63,108 nt of DNA from an uncultured Candidatus Saccharibacteria bacterium (GCA_964501355.1 CAZCSM010000009.1:1-63108); one strand, 5' to 3'. Positions 49,628 through 58,080 are shown, numbered from the stretch's first letter. Notes: generated by a model not told the origin, from the letters alone. Numbers and translations are program-made.

Positions 49628-50137
49628 ATGCCAAGCAAACGAATAAATAAAGAGGAAAGCAATAACTATTATTTTTTAACATTTACTATCAAAAACTGGT
49701 ATTACATTTTAGATAGATACGAACGTTGGAATATTCTGGCAGAATCCTTAAATTATTGTGTAGAAAATAAAGGACTTAAGATATATGCATACGTTTTTAT
49801 GATAAATCATCTGCATTTATTGGTTTATTCTCCAGATGTTCAAGGATTTGTTAGAGATTTTAAAAAATATACTTCATTTAGAATTTTCAAAAACATTAAT
49901 GAAACTGAACCAAGCATAATAAAACTATTTCGGAATGAACCCCCTAATAATTTTCAATTATGGGCAAAAACTAACATGCCTAAGCTTGTAACTAGTAATG
50001 AATTTATGAATCAAAAGATTGATTATATACATAACAATCCTGTTAAAAGAAGTTATGTTATAAAACCAGAATATTGGTACTGGTCATCTGCGAATCCAGA
50101 ATCTGGGATTAAAACGACACAACCTGATATAATTTAA
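49628..50137 (+). CDS. IS200/IS605-like HUH tyrosine transposase (REP-associated tyrosine transposase-like)
   Basis: 169 aa with the HUH motif in FMINHLHLLVYS and a C-terminal Tyr region IDYIHNNPVKRSYV. Confidence 0.75.
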   Translation: MPSKRINKEESNNYYFLTFTIKNWYYILDRYERWNILAESLNYCVENKGLKIYAYVFMINHLHLLVYSPDVQGFVRDFKKYTSFRIFKNINETEPSIIKLFRNEPPNNFQLWAKTNMPKLVTSNEFMNQKIDYIHNNPVKRSYVIKPEYWYWSSANPESGIKTTQPDII

Positions 50138-50150
50138 AAAGAACAATTTT

Positions 50151-50175
50151 GGAGCAAGAGAATAACTCTTGCTCC
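50151..50175. repeat. REP-like hairpin downstream of RAYT gene
   Basis: ggagcaagag-aataa-ctcttgctcc, a perfect 10-bp stem. The loop is the reverse complement of the upstream hairpin loop, and the outer stem pairs carry compensatory changes. Confidence 0.8.
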
Positions 50176-50200
50176 CGCAAAAGAATCGAATCTTACGAAT

Positions 50201-50229
50201 TGTCTGATTCTCGCTTCGCAAGAATGACA
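50201..50229. repeat. family B nested palindrome (29 nt)
   Basis: tgtctgattctcgcttcgcaagaatgaca. The reverse complement tgtcattcttgcgaagcgagaatcagaca closely matches the 54094 copy. Confidence 0.6.
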
Positions 50230-50253
50230 ATTCTATAACATAAATTCAAAATA

Positions 50254-53200
50254 ATGAATAATAAGAAATTCACAACTGCCTACTCTCGTCTCAACGATGA
50301 ACAGAAACTTGCCGTTGATACTATTGAAGGTCCTGTTATGGTTATTGCTGGACCGGGGACAGGGAAAACGCAAATCCTAACACTTCGTATTGCTAATATT
50401 CTAGAAAAAACACAAACTGAAGCCAAGTCAGTTCTTGCATTAACGTTCACTGATTCCGGAGTTAAAGCAATGAAAGAGCGACTTGTGGAATTTATTGGCC
50501 CAACCGGATATCAAGTTGATGTTTTCACGTTTCACTCCTTCTGCAAGAAAATAATTGAAGATAATCCCGAAAGTTTTCCTATTACAGGCGATGCACAGGT
50601 TCTTGGGGATCTTGAACGCGTGCAAATATTCAAGGAAATAATAGATACGATTGATCTCAATTTATTAAAACCAAAGAATTCTCCATATTATTTTATCCAG
50701 GCAATTGTTTCAAAACTTTCCGATTTGAAACGGGAAGGAATTACACCTGAAAAGTTTGAGAAAATAATCGAAGAGGAAGAATCTTTATTAAATCCTGACA
50801 ATTTCCTGAATAAGAAAACGGGAAAACCAACGCAAAAATATTTTGCAAAAGTTAAGGCTGTTAATAAATGGAAGGAGCTTTTGACAACTTATGAAGAATA
50901 TCAGAAAGTCTTGATTAAGCGTAATCGATATGATTACGATGATATGATTACATACGTAATCGAAGCGTTTACGAAAGACGACGAGATTTTGGCGAAATAT
51001 CAGGAACAATATCAGTACATTCTCGGCGACGAATATCAGGATACTAATAGTGCGCAAAATGAAGTTATCCGATTATTGACATCTTTTGAATATATTGAAA
51101 ATCCAAATGTTTTCGTAGTTGGTGACGATGAACAGTCCATTTACCGTTTTCAGGGAGCTTCAATGGAAAACTTCAATTTCTTTGAACAGAATTACCCTAC
51201 TCTAACGAAAATTACGCTCGTAACGAATTATCGATCTACACAAAAAATTCTCGATGCGTCGAGATCGATGATTGAAAATAACGAGAACCGATTGGAAAAT
51301 ATTAATCGACTGCTCCAGGCTTATCAAGAATATGAAGATAAGAAGATTAATGTCGTGAAAACTTCTCACGAATATGTTGAGAAGATTTTCCTTGCGGAGA
51401 AAATTAATGAATTAATTAAAAGTGGCGTAACGCCGAGTGAGATCGCTGTGCTTTACCGAACGAATGCAGATGGCGCAGAACTTGCAAATTCATTAGGAAA
51501 GTTTGGAGTGAAGACGCAGTCTGTAAAAGGAGAGAATGTGCTTGATGATTTAGAAATAAAAAAGCTAATTAAAATTCTCCAGGTTATTCTCGAGGCACAA
51601 GATGAACTGCGAAGCAAGGTTAATGATGACTTCTTCTGGACTGGTGAGAAATCTGATAAAGATGTGCATTTGTTCACTGTCATGCATTATTCCGTTTTTG
51701 GAATTAATACAACGGATATTTTGAAATTGTTAAAATTTGCATCGACTGAGAAGAAACATCTTTCGGAAGTTCTTGATGAAAAATCATATTTAATGCAGCT
51801 AGATCTGGAAACTGGCGATAAAGTCACAGAGTTTTGGGATAAGATCGGAAAGTGGAGAACCGATTCGGCAAATGAACCTTTTTCGAAATTTCTGGAAAAC
51901 GTAATTCGTGAAAGCGGATTGATTCAGAAATTTATGGAGGCCGAAGACAAAATAGATAGATTTAACAAACTGAACAAATTCTTCGGAGAGTTGAAGGAGT
52001 TCAATTATTCCAAACCCAATTTAGGTCTAGTAGATTTCTTCAACGCATTATCACTTCGACAGGAAAATAAGATTTCAATTCCTGTCAATGACATTAAAAG
52101 AGATGAAAACTCCGTTCAATTAATGACAGCGCATAGTGCGAAAGGGCTTGAATATGAGTACGTGTTCATTTACAGATGTGTTGATGGAGTTTGGGGAAAT
52201 AGAAGAAAACCGGAATTATTAAGTTTGCCGGAAGGTGTTATCAAATTCTCCGATATTACAAAGTTAGAAAAGAATGAAGATGAAAGAAGACTTTTCTATG
52301 TTGCAATGACTCGTGCAAAGAAGGAATTATTCTTATCTTTTGCAAATAACTATGTTGAATATAATTCGGAAAAAACACGGCTTCCCAGTACATTTGTTAA
52401 CGAAATAAAGGAAGATTTTATCGACTACATTAATGTTGATAAATATGAAGAGAAGATTGGTGATGCCTTGGAAATTTTGACGACGGGAGAACTACAAGTT
52501 GATAAGGTTTCCGCATCAGAAGAAGAATTTCTAAAGGAAATGGTGAAATACATCACCGTCAGCCCTTCAAGTTTGAATACATATTTAAAGTGTCCGTATA
52601 AATATAAACTCGATAGGTTATTCTCAATTCCAAAAGTTAAGGAAATTCCCCTAGCCTTTGGAACCGCAGTTCATAAAGGTCTAGAGGATTATTACAGAAA
52701 TTATGCTAACTCCGGAAAATACCCGGATATTCAGCTTGCAATTGATTCGTTTCAAAATGAGCTCGACAGACAGCTATTATCGAAGATGGATCACGATGAA
52801 CTGGCTAAACGAGGGGTGGATATTTTGCGTGAATATTTGGAAGAAACAAAAGATGATAATTTAGAAGTAATTGGTGCCGAATATAACTTCAGTTCAAGAA
52901 ATGTTTATCTGGAAAATATTAAATTAACTGGTAAAGTTGACCGAATTGATTATGTAAATAAAGATAGAAAAGAGGTTCGGGTTGTTGATTATAAAACAGG
53001 AAAACCTAAGAGCTTGAATCAGATTTTAGGAAAAACTGCTGATGGTGATGAAAGTTATAAGCGTCAATTGATTTTCTACAAATTGCTGTCACAACTGGAT
53101 CGAAGCTTCAATAAAATTGTTGTTTCCACAAGACTTGAGTTCGTAGAGAAAGGATACAATGGGAAATATCAACCTGTTGAATACCAGGTTACAGATGAGG

Positions 53201-53340
53201 ATCTGAAAGTTCTGAGACAAATAATTCGAGAAACGGCAGAAAAGATAAAGAAACTGGAATTTGCAAGAACTACAGAAATTAAGAATTGTGAACATTGCCA
53301 ATATAAAGATCACTGCTGGCCGGAAGGTTTGAACGTATGA
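50254..53340 (+). CDS. UvrD/PcrA-type SF1 helicase fused to a C-terminal PD-(D/E)XK nuclease with Cys4 cluster (AddB/Cas4-like)
   Basis: 1028 aa. Walker A AGPGTGKT, motif II-like GDEYQD with VVGDDEQSIYRFQGA downstream, late motifs LMTAHSAKGLEYEYVF and YVAMTRAKKEL. Nuclease part: LKCPYKYKL ... GKVDRIDY ... VVDYKTGK ... CEHCQYKDHC. Confidence 0.85.
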   Translation: MNNKKFTTAYSRLNDEQKLAVDTIEGPVMVIAGPGTGKTQILTLRIANILEKTQTEAKSVLALTFTDSGVKAMKERLVEFIGPTGYQVDVFTFHSFCKKIIEDNPESFPITGDAQVLGDLERVQIFKEIIDTIDLNLLKPKNSPYYFIQAIVSKLSDLKREGITPEKFEKIIEEEESLLNPDNFLNKKTGKPTQKYFAKVKAVNKWKELLTTYEEYQKVLIKRNRYDYDDMITYVIEAFTKDDEILAKYQEQYQYILGDEYQDTNSAQNEVIRLLTSFEYIENPNVFVVGDDEQSIYRFQGASMENFNFFEQNYPTLTKITLVTNYRSTQKILDASRSMIENNENRLENINRLLQAYQEYEDKKINVVKTSHEYVEKIFLAEKINELIKSGVTPSEIAVLYRTNADGAELANSLGKFGVKTQSVKGENVLDDLEIKKLIKILQVILEAQDELRSKVNDDFFWTGEKSDKDVHLFTVMHYSVFGINTTDILKLLKFASTEKKHLSEVLDEKSYLMQLDLETGDKVTEFWDKIGKWRTDSANEPFSKFLENVIRESGLIQKFMEAEDKIDRFNKLNKFFGELKEFNYSKPNLGLVDFFNALSLRQENKISIPVNDIKRDENSVQLMTAHSAKGLEYEYVFIYRCVDGVWGNRRKPELLSLPEGVIKFSDITKLEKNEDERRLFYVAMTRAKKELFLSFANNYVEYNSEKTRLPSTFVNEIKEDFIDYINVDKYEEKIGDALEILTTGELQVDKVSASEEEFLKEMVKYITVSPSSLNTYLKCPYKYKLDRLFSIPKVKEIPLAFGTAVHKGLEDYYRNYANSGKYPDIQLAIDSFQNELDRQLLSKMDHDELAKRGVDILREYLEETKDDNLEVIGAEYNFSSRNVYLENIKLTGKVDRIDYVNKDRKEVRVVDYKTGKPKSLNQILGKTADGDESYKRQLIFYKLLSQLDRSFNKIVVSTRLEFVEKGYNGKYQPVEYQVTDEDLKVLRQIIRETAEKIKKLEFARTTEIKNCEHCQYKDHCWPEGLNV

Positions 53341-53570
53341 TGACTAATTATAAATGCGAATCTTTAAAAGAAACTCCTGTAAAGGATTTTCCTATCTGTG
53401 ATTTCGCTCATTTAAGTGTAGGAGAAATGGCTGAGATGAATTATGCTTGGCGAAGGCGAAACACACCATATAGTGTTGGAGCTCTTCCAATCCGAGAAGG
53501 GAGAAGTTGTCCTCCACGTGAATTACTGGCAAAATCTTTGGGAAAGGAATATTTTGAAAAAGAAAATTAA
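53337..53570 (+). CDS. small hypothetical protein, start overlaps the helicase stop
   Basis: 77-aa ORF. ATG 53337 overlaps the TGA at 53338-53340 (ATGA). No recognisable motif. Confidence 0.3.
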   Translation: MMTNYKCESLKETPVKDFPICDFAHLSVGEMAEMNYAWRRRNTPYSVGALPIREGRSCPPRELLAKSLGKEYFEKEN

Positions 53571-53591
53571 TAACTAAAGGAAAGTATTGTT

Positions 53592-53780
53592 ATGGAAATA
53601 ACTAATGCAACTTGTGACGGAACGAGAGATACTTCTTCACATATTGTTTGGGTTTTGACTCGTTTGCAAGAAGAAAGAAGCGCCGGTTTACTACTTATCC
53701 AAGGTCCGACTTATAGCAGACTTGAAACAAGAATGATTAATCAATCAGTTTTGAATGCATTAACATTTCAAGAGGTGTAA
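53592..53780 (+). CDS. small hypothetical protein
   Basis: 62-aa ORF preceded by aaggaaag, an SD-like string. No motif. Confidence 0.25.
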   Translation: MEITNATCDGTRDTSSHIVWVLTRLQEERSAGLLLIQGPTYSRLETRMINQSVLNALTFQEV

Positions 53781-53855
53781 ATTCGAGAAATTTGCACTTT
53801 TTTCTATTTTCCCGCATAATACCAATTAATAATTACTACTTAATATTCATCTGAC

Positions 53856-54038
53856 ATGGACAGAGACATTACAGACATCAAGCGACTGATTGAAAAGATG
53901 CAAGCAAACATGGATAGACTTGTAAATCAAACAGATCAGGTAGAAAGAGAGCTTCTTTTGATTAGAACAGCATTAGATAAGATGAATGAAAGAGAGGAAC
54001 AACGCGATAAAAGATCCGAAGATGCAACAAAGTGGTAA
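53856..54038 (+). CDS. small coiled-coil hypothetical protein
   Basis: 60-aa ORF with heptad-like charged sequence (IKRLIEKMQANMDRLVNQTDQVERELLLIRTALDKMNEREEQRDK). A strong terminator follows. Confidence 0.3.
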   Translation: MDRDITDIKRLIEKMQANMDRLVNQTDQVERELLLIRTALDKMNEREEQRDKRSEDATKW

Positions 54039-54044
54039 ATGTAG

Positions 54045-54069
54045 GAACGCACAATTGTGCGTTCTTTTG
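54045..54069 (+). terminator. rho-independent terminator
   Basis: Perfect 20-nt palindrome gaacgcacaattgtgcgttc followed by TTTTG. Confidence 0.65.
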
Positions 54070-54093
54070 TATATATGAAAGATGAAATATTAC

Positions 54094-54125
54094 TGTGTCA
54101 TTCTCGGAATCGAGAATCGGACACA
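54094..54125. repeat. family B nested palindrome (32 nt)
   Basis: tgtgtcattctcggaatcgagaatcggacaca. The outer arms tgtgtc/gacaca enclose the inner hairpin attctcg-gaat-cgagaat. Confidence 0.65.
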
Positions 54126-54204
54126 ATAATCAAAAGTGTTCTATTTTCGTTTCTGATTCTTCATATGGAGAAACACACGAAAAATTATCTGAATTAAGCA
54201 GTTT

Positions 54205-54792
54205 ATGATTCTATCTCAACAATTTTACCAACAGAACACGCTGGACGTTGCAAGGCAATTGCTTGGTAAAATAGTTGTGCGGGAAATCGGGAATCATTTA
54301 TTAACAGGTCGAATTGTTGAGACAGAAGCGTATGCAGGATTCGACGACAAAGCTTCTCATGCACACAGCGGAAAAACCCCAAGATGCAACGTGATGTTTG
54401 GCCCAGCCGGATTTGCATATGTATATTTCACCTACGGAATGCACTACCTTTTCAACGTCGTAACCGAAGATGTAAATTATCCATCAGCCGTATTAATTCG
54501 TGCAGTTGAGCCTCTTTCAGGTCTTGAGATTATTAAAGAAAATAGAATTGATAGAGCCTACCACGAATTAACCAGTGGTCCTGCAAAATTTACAAAAGCA
54601 TTTGCAATTGATAAAAATTTCAATGGACTGGATATCACACTTGGAAGAGAACTCTGGATTGAAGATGGAGAAGAAATATCAGAGTCAGAAATCAAGAACA
54701 CACCAAGAATCGGCGTTGCATATTCAGAAGAATGCAAAGACTGGTTGAGGCGATTTTACGTTAAAGGAAGTAAGTTTGTGTCGAGAACATAG
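54205..54792 (+). CDS. DNA-3-methyladenine glycosylase (MPG/AAG family)
   Basis: FYQQNTLDVARQLLGKIVVRE...GRIVETEAYAGFDDKASHAHSGKTPRCNVMFGPAGFAYVYFTYGMHYLFNVV matches the MPG family signature along its whole length. Confidence 0.85.
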   Translation: MILSQQFYQQNTLDVARQLLGKIVVREIGNHLLTGRIVETEAYAGFDDKASHAHSGKTPRCNVMFGPAGFAYVYFTYGMHYLFNVVTEDVNYPSAVLIRAVEPLSGLEIIKENRIDRAYHELTSGPAKFTKAFAIDKNFNGLDITLGRELWIEDGEEISESEIKNTPRIGVAYSEECKDWLRRFYVKGSKFVSRT

Positions 54793-54891
54793 TGCAACAT
54801 TGTGTAAAATTGTACTATATAGAGAAAAATTGTAATTGTTCGAGGTGACATCGTGACAAAGTAGATACAAAATCGATACAAAATAGTTGAA

Positions 54892-54924
54892 ATTGTTCAA
54901 ACATTGTTAAATCATTGTTCAAAC
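54892..54924 (+). repeat. three back-to-back 11-bp direct repeats (ATTGTTCAAAC / ATTGTTAAATC / ATTGTTCAAAC)
   Basis: Read directly. They form part of a denser set of 7 ATTGT motifs between 54797 and 54920, together with a GATACAAAAT x2 direct repeat at 54864-54884. Confidence 0.6.
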
Positions 54925-55043
54925 GTAGTTAAAACATAAAATTTTTCCACTTTTAATTTCCTGTTTTTACTGATATTCTATATTTGCAGCAGAAAATTCT
55001 AATAACTGCGTTACTGTTAACGGATTTATCGTATTACTGAAAA

Positions 55044-55874
55044 ATGACACAAACGGTCCCTACCTCACTATACATAGTCAATCAACTTGGCCAAGAAGTC
55101 CAAGACTGGATGGTTAAAGTTATCCTGTATCTCCCGAAGATCTTTTGGGGAGGAGCAATTATGCTCATAACTTTTGTTGTAGCAAATCAAATTGTAAAGT
55201 TCGCAAAGAAACTTCTTGGGAAAACGAAACTAGAAAAGACATTCATTCAAATAATCTGTTTGGTAATTAGATGGATTGTAATAATCACCGGTTCACTCTT
55301 TGCACTTAATGCGCTTGGACTCAACGGAATCGTCGCCAGTGTAATCGCTGGAGCAGGATTCACCTCAGTCATTATTGCATTTGGAACACAGGATATTTCG
55401 AAAAATCTGATTTCCGGTGTTTTTATAATAATGGGACGCCAATTCAAAGTTGGAGATAACATTATTGTCTTCGGGGGATTCGAAGGAATTGTGAGACAGA
55501 TCTCGCTGCGAGCTATAACTCTTGAATCAACAGACGGAAGGATTATTTCAGTACCAAATAGTACGATTTTTACAAATGTTGTAACCAACATGACCTCACG
55601 TGGAAAACGGCGAATCTACATTGACTTAAAATTGAAGAATGACATTGAATTGGAAGTTATCGAAGAAACAATTTTACAAATATTGATGAAACAGCCAAGC
55701 GTGTTCAAGAAACCAACTCCTGAAATTCTTGTTGATAAATTTGATTCGAAAAACTTGGATATAAAGGTTAGTTACTGGTCAGATTCGTCTCCGATGATGC
55801 AGAGGAAGTCCCTTTCTGAGGTGAATTATGCGTTAGTAAAATTATTAAGAGAGAAAAGTTGGCTTGCAGAATAA
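55044..55874 (+). CDS. mscS: small-conductance mechanosensitive channel (MscS family)
   Basis: 3 TM helices, followed by the MscS beta-domain signature KVGDNIIVFGGFEGIVRQISLRAITLESTDGRIISVPNSTIFTNVVTNMT. Confidence 0.85.
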   Translation: MTQTVPTSLYIVNQLGQEVQDWMVKVILYLPKIFWGGAIMLITFVVANQIVKFAKKLLGKTKLEKTFIQIICLVIRWIVIITGSLFALNALGLNGIVASVIAGAGFTSVIIAFGTQDISKNLISGVFIIMGRQFKVGDNIIVFGGFEGIVRQISLRAITLESTDGRIISVPNSTIFTNVVTNMTSRGKRRIYIDLKLKNDIELEVIEETILQILMKQPSVFKKPTPEILVDKFDSKNLDIKVSYWSDSSPMMQRKSLSEVNYALVKLLREKSWLAE

Positions 55875-55875
55875 T

Positions 55876-56298
55876 CTACATTGCACGAATTAACACACCT
55901 TCCGGGGTCAACTCCACAAAATGCTCTTTTTTTCCATGAACGTAGTCCTTGCATTGATTAGTGAATTCATTATCAATGTCTTCTCGAGGATCGTGCGCAA
56001 TATCAAGAACCCAATTATCTAATAACTCATTTGTTAAACAAGGCCCTTTCTCCATATTCAAACCCGCTTGCTTATATTCATCATAAACCTCATAGGCGCG
56101 CTGGATCGCAGCATTTCGCTCATCTGTAGTCGCGGCACCTTTTACTTCCGCTGTGCTCCTCGAGTAAAAAATATACCAAATTCCAAACATCAAACTAACT
56201 CCCAACAAGACAACAATTACCGTAATAATGAATACAAGCCTTTGTTTATTCGGATCATCAATTGAAATATCATCTTGCGGCAATTTTTCCTCTGTCAT
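55876..56298 (-). CDS. membrane-anchored hypothetical protein
   Basis: ATG 56298 (MTEEKLPQ). One TM helix (LVFIITVIVVLLGVSLMFGIWYIF) and a small extracytoplasmic domain. Confidence 0.4.
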   Translation of the reverse strand: MTEEKLPQDDISIDDPNKQRLVFIITVIVVLLGVSLMFGIWYIFYSRSTAEVKGAATTDERNAAIQRAYEVYDEYKQAGLNMEKGPCLTNELLDNWVLDIAHDPREDIDNEFTNQCKDYVHGKKEHFVELTPEGVLIRAM

Positions 56299-56352
56299 AA
56301 TTAACAATTTTTAATTATTTCTGTAATAGTATACTTCGAAGTTTAAAAATAT

Positions 56353-57483
56353 TTAAACAAGTAATTCTTCGATAATCATATCTAACAATAAGACTTTCTT
56401 TTCTGGAATCATAATTGCACCATCAACTTGAACAAGTGAGCCATCGAGCTTAAGCCTTTGCAACCGCTGATTAAAGGACTTATGGTAATCCTCAGGGAGC
56501 CGTTTTAATTCATTCTCAATATTCACCCCTTCTCGAAGCCGAAGCCCAAGAAGAATCTTTGTTTCGAAATTTGAAATAGCATCCATCTCCTGTAGAGACG
56601 TTGCATGCAACGTCTCTACGTCTAAATAAATATATTCTTTCAGATCCTTTGTATTCTCAAATCTTTTACCATTAATAAAATTCCCTGCCGACAAACCACA
56701 ACCTATGTATTGACCATTTCGCCATGTATTCAAGTTATATTTACATTCAAAACCAGGTTTAGCAAAGTTAGAAATTTCATATTGCTTGTAACCAAAAGAT
56801 TCTAGTTTATCAACTGCAGAGAAATACATGTCTTCAAGAAAGGCATCTTCAGGAAGTTTTAACAAACCTTTTTTATAAAGATTTTCAAAATGAGTTCCCT
56901 GATCAATAGAAAGTAAATATGCAGAAAGATGAGTTGGCTCGAAACTTGCCGCCGTTTCAATATTTTTTAAAACACTATCAATCGATAGATTTGGTAACCC
57001 CATCATCAAATCTATATTGAAATTTGCAAAATCGGAGTTCTTTACGGCAGAGAGAAAGTTCTTTGCAGCTTCCGAATCGTGGATTCTGCCTAACAGTCTC
57101 AATTCATCATCATTGAAACTTTGGACTCCGATGCTTAGGCGATTAAAACCCATTTCCTGTAGAGACGCAAAATCTTGCGTCTCTACGGACGAAACACCGG
57201 GATTCAATTCAATTGAAAGTTCTTCATACCCATCTGGCAAGACATCAACAATCTTTTTAATTTGTTCAACGGATAATGTATTTGGAGTTCCACCACCAAA
57301 ATAAATCCATTTTACATTTCTCTCACCTAAATCTTTTGTGCGAAAAATAATTCCTTCAACAAGTTTATTAACATATTTTTCTTTTAGATCTGCCGAGATA
57401 TCCGCAAAAGAAGAGAATGCACAATAATTACATTTCTGTATACAAAAAGGGATGTGGATATAGAGACCAATGTCAGTTGTCAT
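56353..57483 (-). CDS. hemW: radical SAM family heme chaperone / oxygen-independent coproporphyrinogen oxidase-like (HemW/HemN family)
   Basis: YIHIPFCIQKCNYCAF (CxxxCxxC), GGGTPN, NRLSIGVQSF. Contains two family A palindromes in frame. Confidence 0.85.
   Translation of the reverse strand: MTTDIGLYIHIPFCIQKCNYCAFSSFADISADLKEKYVNKLVEGIIFRTKDLGERNVKWIYFGGGTPNTLSVEQIKKIVDVLPDGYEELSIELNPGVSSVETQDFASLQEMGFNRLSIGVQSFNDDELRLLGRIHDSEAAKNFLSAVKNSDFANFNIDLMMGLPNLSIDSVLKNIETAASFEPTHLSAYLLSIDQGTHFENLYKKGLLKLPEDAFLEDMYFSAVDKLESFGYKQYEISNFAKPGFECKYNLNTWRNGQYIGCGLSAGNFINGKRFENTKDLKEYIYLDVETLHATSLQEMDAISNFETKILLGLRLREGVNIENELKRLPEDYHKSFNQRLQRLKLDGSLVQVDGAIMIPEKKVLLLDMIIEELLV
56592..56619. repeat. family A 28-nt perfect palindrome inside hemW
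   Basis: gtagagacgttgcatgcaacgtctctac. Translated in hemW as VETLHATSL(Q). Confidence 0.9.
57159..57186. repeat. family A 28-nt palindrome inside hemW
   Basis: gtagagacgcaaaatcttgcgtctctac (12-bp stem, 4-nt loop). Translated in hemW as VETQDFASL(Q). Confidence 0.9.
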
Positions 57484-57498
57484 AGTTAAAAGTTCATA

Positions 57499-58080
57499 TT
57501 ACAAATAATAGTCGTCATAAATCCATTTTGAAATATTATTATCTATGTAACTGCGAATCTTCGTAAGTGATTTATCGTTTTGAATTACGTGATCATAAAA
57601 GCGTGGTTGCCAGGAGAAGTTAAGATTCATCTCATGTACTAATTTTGAAACCGCAGATTTATACGAACGAACAATTGATGATAATGAACCAATGGAGGGT
57701 GAGATACCAGATAGTTGTTGAAATTCTTTTTTCGTAGAGACGTTGCATGCAACGTCTCTACCTGCGTTTCCAGTATTTCCAAACATCCCTTTATCAATAT
57801 ACAAAATCACATGTACATGATTCGGCATTACAATATGCGAATCAACAGTAACAAAAGGAAAATGATTAGGAATTTCTTTTATATATTTCTCCGCAACTTT
57901 TCCAATCTCAGACAAAACCATTTTCTCTTCTACAACCTCACCAAAATATTTGTGCATTCCTCTCGTACAGATTGTCACATAATAATACCCAGTTTGTGAA
58001 TAATCCCAACCGGGAAGTCTTGATGACTTCACGCGAAATCTGTTTTTAAACTTATTCGATTCTATCGGAACACCATTCAA
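57499..58080 (-). CDS. IS200-like HUH tyrosine transposase (RAYT-like), embedded in an operon
   Basis: 193 aa. RLPGWDYSQTGYYYVTICT, HUH motif MPNHVHVILY, C-terminal WQPRFYDHVIQND...IRSYIDNNISKW. The TTG start overlaps the upstream gene's TGA. Contains a family A palindrome. Confidence 0.7.
   Translation of the reverse strand: MNGVPIESNKFKNRFRVKSSRLPGWDYSQTGYYYVTICTRGMHKYFGEVVEEKMVLSEIGKVAEKYIKEIPNHFPFVTVDSHIVMPNHVHVILYIDKGMFGNTGNAGRDVACNVSTKKEFQQLSGISPSIGSLSSIVRSYKSAVSKLVHEMNLNFSWQPRFYDHVIQNDKSLTKIRSYIDNNISKWIYDDYYL
57734..57761. repeat. family A 28-nt perfect palindrome inside the RAYT-like gene
   Basis: gtagagacgttgcatgcaacgtctctac, identical to the 56592 copy. It is read in the other open frame as (G)RDVACNVST. 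Confidence 0.9.

Larger units (their letters stand above)
49565..50229 (+). mobile_element. RAYT/IS200-like transposase cassette bounded by 10-bp terminal inverted repeats and inverted subterminal hairpins
   Basis: TGTCATTCTT (49565-49574) versus AAGAATGACA (50220-50229). The 25-nt hairpins at 49582-49606 and 50151-50175 are inverted versions of each other. A single HUH-transposase ORF lies inside. Confidence 0.55.

Noticed and set aside
53337-54038. Toxin-antitoxin interpretation of the three small ORFs after the helicase
   Set aside because: No recognisable toxin or antitoxin motif (no HTH, RHH, PIN, RelE-like or HEPN strings) and no typical two-gene overlap pattern. Kept only as hypothetical ORFs.
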